A model generated the notes under the pieces. The model was not told the DNA's origin. It saw nothing but the letters and a program-made list of their open reading frames with translations, and did not search any database. A program made the position numbers and the translations under genes. DNA of 40,975 nt, from the IMG/VR virus record IMGVR_UViG_3300038679_000061, positions 1 through 40,975 of that record; one strand, written 5' to 3'. This document shows, piece by piece, positions 36,582 through 40,975 of the stretch (the stretch's first letter is position 1; each line of letters begins with the position of its first letter). Source of the DNA: a virus (Duplodnaviria > Caudoviricetes).

Positions 36582-37303
36582 TGAGCAAGTCCAGAGGCCT
36601 CCTCCCGCCCCGCGAGTTCTGGCCGCCCCATCACCTTGAGGTGCTGCGCCGCTTCTACGCCGACCTTCGGACCGATGACATCGCAGCTCTGCTGGGGAAA
36701 AGCACTTCGCGGGTCTATGCCAAGGCCCAGGCGATGGGCCTGAAAAAGAGTGCCGAATTTCAGGCCAGCGTCCACAGCGGGCGTGTGCAGCGCGGGCAGC
36801 AAGACCCGCGCATGCTCGGTACACGCTTCCAAAAAGGTCTTGTTCCCTGGAACAAGGGCCTCAAGGGCCTGACCCACGAGGGCAGCAAGGCCACCCAGTT
36901 CAAGAAGGGCCAGATGTCCGGCGCCGCCCAGCACAACTATGTGCCGGTTGGTAGTTATCGCATCAGCACCGATGGCAACCTGGAACAGAAGCTGACCGAC
37001 GATCCGTCCATCGTGCCACCGCTTCGGTGGACACCTGTCGCCCGGATCGTCTGGGAGCGCGACAAAGGGCCAATCCCGGCCGGCCACCTGGTGGTGTTCA
37101 AGAGCGGTCAGAAGACGGCCGAGCTTGATCAGATCACCGTCGACCGCCTGGACTGCATCACCCGCGCCGAGAACGCGCGCCGCAACCACTGGGCGTTTCG
37201 CCATCCCGAGCTGGCCGCCATCGTGCCGCTCAAGGGCGCGATAACGCGCCAGGTCAACCGTATCAACCGCGCGGCCCGAGAGGCCGAGGAGTCACGAGCA
37301 TGA
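36581..37303 (+). CDS. HNH-family protein (degenerate HNH_3-like)
   Basis: RFQKGLVPWNKG and TQFKKG repeats; VWERDKGPIPAGHLVVFK...LDCITRAENARRN. Confidence 0.75.
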   Translation: MSKSRGLLPPREFWPPHHLEVLRRFYADLRTDDIAALLGKSTSRVYAKAQAMGLKKSAEFQASVHSGRVQRGQQDPRMLGTRFQKGLVPWNKGLKGLTHEGSKATQFKKGQMSGAAQHNYVPVGSYRISTDGNLEQKLTDDPSIVPPLRWTPVARIVWERDKGPIPAGHLVVFKSGQKTAELDQITVDRLDCITRAENARRNHWAFRHPELAAIVPLKGAITRQVNRINRAAREAEESRA

Positions 37304-37638
37304 GCAACGTCGAATCACCAGCCACCCCGCACATCACCGAGCTGCAGGCGGTGCTGATGGACACACTGAAAAGCCTGGGCAGCATGGGCCGCGGGCCGGA
37401 GAAACTCGACGTCGAGCAGATCAAGGCCCAGGTCAGCATCGCGAATTCCATGAAGGGCGTGGCCGACACGCTGGTGGACACCGCCCGCGTGGCGCTGGAG
37501 TACTTGAAAGCCACTGGGGCTGATCGGTCGAACTTCCTGGAGGGCCGGCCCGGAAAGGTCGGCCTGCCGGCGCCGTCCACAACGCCCACGCCACATAATC
37601 CGTTTCCGGTGTCTGTGTCGCACAGGCTGGGGGAGTGA
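37300..37638 (+). CDS. Hypothetical protein (HNH-associated)
   Basis: ATGA coupling; VADTLVDTARV..EY motif. Confidence 0.65.
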   Translation: MSNVESPATPHITELQAVLMDTLKSLGSMGRGPEKLDVEQIKAQVSIANSMKGVADTLVDTARVALEYLKATGADRSNFLEGRPGKVGLPAPSTTPTPHNPFPVSVSHRLGE

Positions 37639-37641
37639 GCC

Positions 37642-38343
37642 ATGACCCGCGACGACGCCCTCAAGAAAATCAAGAAGTGCCTGGCGCTCTCCCGCAGCGC
37701 CAACGAACACGAAGCCGCCGCCGCGCTGCGCCATGCCCAGAAGCTCATGCAAGTCTTCAGTCTGGCCGAGGAGGACATTTCCCTGGCCGACGTGAGCGAG
37801 GTGCGTGTCAAGGCGCGATCCACCGCGGCCAACCGCTGGGAACTCGCGCTGGTGCACCTCGTGGCCGACGCCTTCGGCTGCGAGACCTTCGGAAGCCTGA
37901 ACGGCGCCTACAACGCCGCTGGCAACTTCGTCCGCACGCGGCACTGGGTGTTCGTCGGCATCGACACCGCGCCCGAGGTGGCTGGCTATGCAGCCGAAGT
38001 GCTGATCCGCCAGTGCGCCACCGCCCGCCTGGCACACATTGCCAAACAGCCCAAGAACTGCAAGCCCATCACCAAGACCGCACGCGGCGATGCGTTTGCC
38101 GTGGGCTGGGTGGCCGGCGTGGAAGCGAAGGTCGAAGCGTTCGCCCAGTCAGGCAAGAACGAAACCCTGCTGCTGGCCTACATGCAGCGCGAGCACCCGG
38201 ACCTGGCCGAAGGCAAGGTGCGCGACACCACGAAGGCGCGACGCGTGGACCACGGCCACATTGCCGCCGGCTACCGGGCGGGCAAAGCCGCCGAGCTGCA
38301 CCGTGGTGTGGGTGGAAACGAAGAGCGGAGGTTGATCGCATGA
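37642..38343 (+). CDS. DUF2786 domain protein
   Basis: KIKKCLALSRSANEHEAAAALRHAQKLM signature. Confidence 0.85.
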   Translation: MTRDDALKKIKKCLALSRSANEHEAAAALRHAQKLMQVFSLAEEDISLADVSEVRVKARSTAANRWELALVHLVADAFGCETFGSLNGAYNAAGNFVRTRHWVFVGIDTAPEVAGYAAEVLIRQCATARLAHIAKQPKNCKPITKTARGDAFAVGWVAGVEAKVEAFAQSGKNETLLLAYMQREHPDLAEGKVRDTTKARRVDHGHIAAGYRAGKAAELHRGVGGNEERRLIA

Positions 38344-38582
38344 GCCGTCCCGTCCTACTCCAGATCAACCAGTCAGGCGCCTGGCGAACGGGCCTTGACT
38401 TCGACGCCAGCGGATTGCCCGATGAGTTCATGCACCACATCGACCAGGTGCTGCGTCTGGCCTACGGCCCAAAGACGACGGCCCGCATCGTGATGACACG
38501 TGAGGGTGCCAACGGGAAGGTTGTGGCCACGAACGATGTGCTGTTGCGCTGGTCGCGCGAGAAAGGCTGGGTCAAGGTATGA
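38340..38582 (+). CDS. Hypothetical protein
   Basis: GGAGG RBS; ATGA coupling; LQINQSGAWR motif. Confidence 0.6.
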   Translation: MSRPVLLQINQSGAWRTGLDFDASGLPDEFMHHIDQVLRLAYGPKTTARIVMTREGANGKVVATNDVLLRWSREKGWVKV

Positions 38583-38872
38583 GCCGCGCACCCACCAAGA
38601 CCGTCCAGATGGCCTGCCTGCAGATCGGCTATCAGCGCCTCCTGCTGCCAGCGGACAAGGCCATGAAAGTGGTCGAAGCCCTGCAGCACGCGGTGCAGGC
38701 CGAGATCGAGTTCAAAGGCCACAGGGAGCACTACCAGGTGCAGGAGGAATCCCTGCGCGTCGAGTTTTCGCTGGTGAGTCAAAGCCAGATCAGCATGCCG
38801 CACGGCGAGCCGTTCCCGAAGCCGGCCACTCGGCCCGCCTTGCCGCCCGCACGCCCGAGGTTGCCGCGATGA
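38579..38872 (+). CDS. Hypothetical protein
   Basis: ATGA coupling at both ends. Confidence 0.65.
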   Translation: MSRAPTKTVQMACLQIGYQRLLLPADKAMKVVEALQHAVQAEIEFKGHREHYQVQEESLRVEFSLVSQSQISMPHGEPFPKPATRPALPPARPRLPR

Positions 38873-39201
38873 GCGATATCCAGATCATCGTTCTCTGTGT
38901 GGTGACTGCTGGCGCTGCGGGTGCACTTGTCGGCATGCTGGTCGCTTCCACCCTGGCCGCGACCATCGTCAAACACTGGCTGCCGGAGCTCCCTGAGTTC
39001 ATCGTGCTCAAGTCGCTCACCCTGAAAACAACCATCACTGATGAGGATGATGGTCTAAGCGTCCACTCCGGCGCAACCTGGTCTGCCAGCGGAGTGACTG
39101 GGCAATTCGTCGAGCAGTGGCTGGAGCGCCGCAACCTTGTGATGTCCCCGAAGGGGAAAGACTTCACTGTGGGCACGAAGACGAAGAAGGGCGGTGCCTG
39201 A
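38869..39201 (+). CDS. Membrane protein with N-terminal TM
   Basis: IQIIVLCVVTAGAAGALVGMLVA hydrophobic segment; GAGG RBS. Confidence 0.6.
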   Translation: MSDIQIIVLCVVTAGAAGALVGMLVASTLAATIVKHWLPELPEFIVLKSLTLKTTITDEDDGLSVHSGATWSASGVTGQFVEQWLERRNLVMSPKGKDFTVGTKTKKGGA

Positions 39202-39506
39202 TGCCCGTCTACCGCCTCGCACTCGGAATGGTCCACATGCGTGGTACACGCCTGCCCGCGCCGTGTGCTGCACGCATCCTGATCGACGACCAGGACGCCC
39301 CATGCATGGCCCCCAGCGCCTACCTCTGCGACGGCCTACCGCCGCCACTCCGCCCGGGCGACCACCATGGCACCGGTACCTGTGACGCCCCCCTGTGCGA
39401 AGCCCACGCACGCCAGGTCGGGAAAAACCGCCACCTGTGCCCGGCCTGCCACCTCTCCCAGCGCAACGCCGAGCCGCAGCGCAGCCTCTTCACCTCCATC
39501 GTTTAA
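39201..39506 (+). CDS. Cys/His-rich (zinc-binding) protein
   Basis: LCD...TCDAPLCEAH...HLCPAC. Confidence 0.7.
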   Translation: MPVYRLALGMVHMRGTRLPAPCAARILIDDQDAPCMAPSAYLCDGLPPPLRPGDHHGTGTCDAPLCEAHARQVGKNRHLCPACHLSQRNAEPQRSLFTSIV

Positions 39507-39511
39507 ACGCC

Positions 39512-40027
39512 ATGGCCACCACCACCCGCCGAAACTTCACGGCCCACACCAACCAGGCCAACGCCGACGCCCAGCGCAAGCGCGAGCTCGGCCATATCCA
39601 CCAGGGCAAGGCCGCCCTGACCTGGAGCGATGACGACTACCGGTTCCACCTGTCGGACCTCACCGGTAAGACCAGCGCCGCCGATCTGGACGCAACAGGC
39701 CGCGCCAAAGTGCTCGCCCGCATGGCCGCCGCCGGCTACAAGCCCAAGGCCAGCACCTTCAAACCCTTCGACCAGGCCGCCAAGATCAAGTGGCTGTGGA
39801 AGAAGATCGCCGCCGCCGGTGGCCTGCGCGACGCTAGCGAATCCGCACTGCTCACGTTCGTCGGTCGCCACACCGGCAAGGGCGTCGCAGACCTCAAATT
39901 CCTGCCCACAGCCGACGCCTCCAAGGTAATCGAAGCCCTCAAGTCCATGCTCACCCGCGCGGAGCGGGCTGTTCGAACAGGGGAGGCGCCCCAACACCTG
40001 GACTCCGGGCAGGTCACCCTGAAATGA
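39512..40027 (+). CDS. gemA: GemA-like (DUF1018) regulatory protein
   Basis: IHQGKAAL.WSDDDYR...TGKTSAADL, KIKWLW and ASKVIEALKSM motifs. Confidence 0.88.
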   Translation: MATTTRRNFTAHTNQANADAQRKRELGHIHQGKAALTWSDDDYRFHLSDLTGKTSAADLDATGRAKVLARMAAAGYKPKASTFKPFDQAAKIKWLWKKIAAAGGLRDASESALLTFVGRHTGKGVADLKFLPTADASKVIEALKSMLTRAERAVRTGEAPQHLDSGQVTLK

Positions 40028-40443
40028 GTGACCTGGCCGACCTCATCGACTCGGACCTGCTGCCCCAGCTGCTGCAGGACTTCGAGCGCCTCATCGGCCT
40101 CCCGGCTACCTTGGCCCTGGTGCGAGTCCACGGTGGCCTGCGCATCTACATCCCCACGCCAGCCCGCGTCCACGCCGACCATCCCTACGCCAAGATCATC
40201 GGCGTGGACCGCCTCATGACCCTGGCCGAGACCTACGGCGGCGAGGATCACTTCACCTTGCCCAAGGCCGAACGGGCCATCCTAGCCCTGCGCAACGCCC
40301 GCATCGCCCACGCCTACGGCCACCACAAGACCGTGCGCGAACTGGCCGCCGAACACCGCCTCACCGAGCGCCAGATTGAGCGCATCGTGGCCGCTGCAGG
40401 CGTCACAGCGCCCACGGATCGGCGGCAGTCCACCCTGTTTTAA
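40024..40443 (+). CDS. mor: Mor/C-family transcriptional activator
   Basis: GGLRIYIP, RNARI and LAAEHRLTERQIERI HTH; last gene of the early operon. Confidence 0.9.
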   Translation: MSDLADLIDSDLLPQLLQDFERLIGLPATLALVRVHGGLRIYIPTPARVHADHPYAKIIGVDRLMTLAETYGGEDHFTLPKAERAILALRNARIAHAYGHHKTVRELAAEHRLTERQIERIVAAAGVTAPTDRRQSTLF

Positions 40444-40468
40444 ACGCCTATGCGTGGCGTTTAAAGAC

Positions 40469-40592
40469 GTGCGACCTTGCGTCAGGTCGCACGCTGTGGA
40501 TAACCTTCTATCCACACGCCTAACCATTTGATTTGATTGAATTTCTCAAGGTCGCACTTCGAAACGAGGTGCGACCTCGCTACGTGCGACCT
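40469..40592. repeat. Five GTGCGACCT repeats around paired DnaA-like boxes and an IHF consensus
   Basis: Repeats at 40469, 40484(rc), 40549(rc), 40569, 40584; TGTGGATAA 40495-40503; CTATCCACA 40508-40516; TAACCATTTGATT 40521-40533. Confidence 0.75.
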
Positions 40593-40708
40593 CGGTTCAG
40601 GCCGATTTCACTCATGTGAATGGCCCGCCAGCCCGCTCCAGGCGTGAATCCCACTCGGAAGCACCATCGGACCACCCTGGCCCGGAATCCGCCCGTTTTG
40701 GCCGTTCT

Positions 40709-40849
40709 GTGCCCCCGCAGCGCCCATTTCGTGCCAAAGCCACCGTCAAGGCCGCAGAACCCAAAACCGCTCGCAAACCCGCGCCGCTATTGAGGTCCGC
40801 CAAATCTATCCACAGCCCCCGGCAGTGCCAAAACGATCACCTCCCCATC
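40709..40849 (-). repeat. Prophage end with L1 + spacer + L2/L3-like transposase-binding sites
   Basis: GTGCCAAA at 40825 and 40731, degenerate GTGCC at 40709; CA at 40846-40847 lies 15 nt from the outer site, mirroring TG at 128. Confidence 0.8.
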
Positions 40850-40940
40850 TCCGGGTGTTGGCCCGGACCGGCCGATGGCGCAGCGCGCGTTTTGGCACGG
40901 ATCTATATGCCTGAACAGGCGTCTCGTGGTCTTGCGTTTC

Positions 40941-40961
40941 AAATAAGAATGGTTATCATTT
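40941..40961. promoter_or_regulatory. Fur-box-like operator (host, right flank)
   Basis: AATAAGAATGGTTATCATT closely matches the Fur consensus. Confidence 0.65.
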
Positions 40962-40975
40962 AAAAACTGGCAATC

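Larger units (their letters stand above)
127..40849. mobile_element. Complete Mu-like (transposable) prophage, B3/BcepMu-type gene order, siphovirus-type tail
   Basis: MuA-type DDE transposase, MuB-like ATPase, ner, gemA, mor, DUF1804 TerS and Mu gpF-like gene; inverted end motifs; TCCGG duplicated at 122-126 and 40850-40854; no integrase and no sheath gene. Confidence 0.93.

Noticed and set aside
33528-39506. Mu gam host-nuclease inhibitor
   Set aside because: No early ORF shows a recognisable Gam signature by eye; DUF3164 is present instead
126-40898. 25-bp imperfect direct repeats as attL/attR of integrase-mediated insertion
   Set aside because: No tyrosine or serine integrase is encoded, and the TCCGG duplication plus rebuilt hairpin favour transposition. 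Kept only as the end-mimic finding
40891-40910. TTGGCAC as a sigma54 -24 element
   Set aside because: No GC at the -12 position (GG-N10 is followed by TA); better explained as an end-like motif
40612-40963. ORFs spanning the right end
   Set aside because: They cross the binding-site region and the phage-host junction; no RBS or protein-like features

Overview
Almost the whole window (about 127-40849) is one apparently intact ~40.7 kb transposable (Mu-like) prophage in a high-GC, probably betaproteobacterial host. It has B3/BcepMu-type organisation. A central S24-type repressor and ner sit back to back. The early operon (transposase A, ATPase B, DUF3164, HNH, DUF2786, gemA, mor) runs rightwards. 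The late lysis, terminase, head and non-contractile tail genes, plus a D12-class adenine methyltransferase in the mom position, run leftwards. Both ends can be read from TTTGGCAC transposase-binding repeats. The element sits in a host hairpin (TCCGG duplicated) between two Fur-box-like sites and next to a host copy of its own end sequence. Most notable observations: (1) a repressor-linked accessory operon encoding a catalytically dead DDE core resembling a different Mu-like transposase clade, plus a SLATT-like 2TM protein with a small partner and two DUF4124-like exported proteins; (2) three identical late promoter/terminator palindromes; (3) strong TTTAAA enrichment at regulatory junctions; (4) a DnaA-box/IHF/repeat cluster at one end; (5) several small morons, one in the canonical anti-CRISPR position. 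All family assignments come from motif recognition by eye; no database searches were run.
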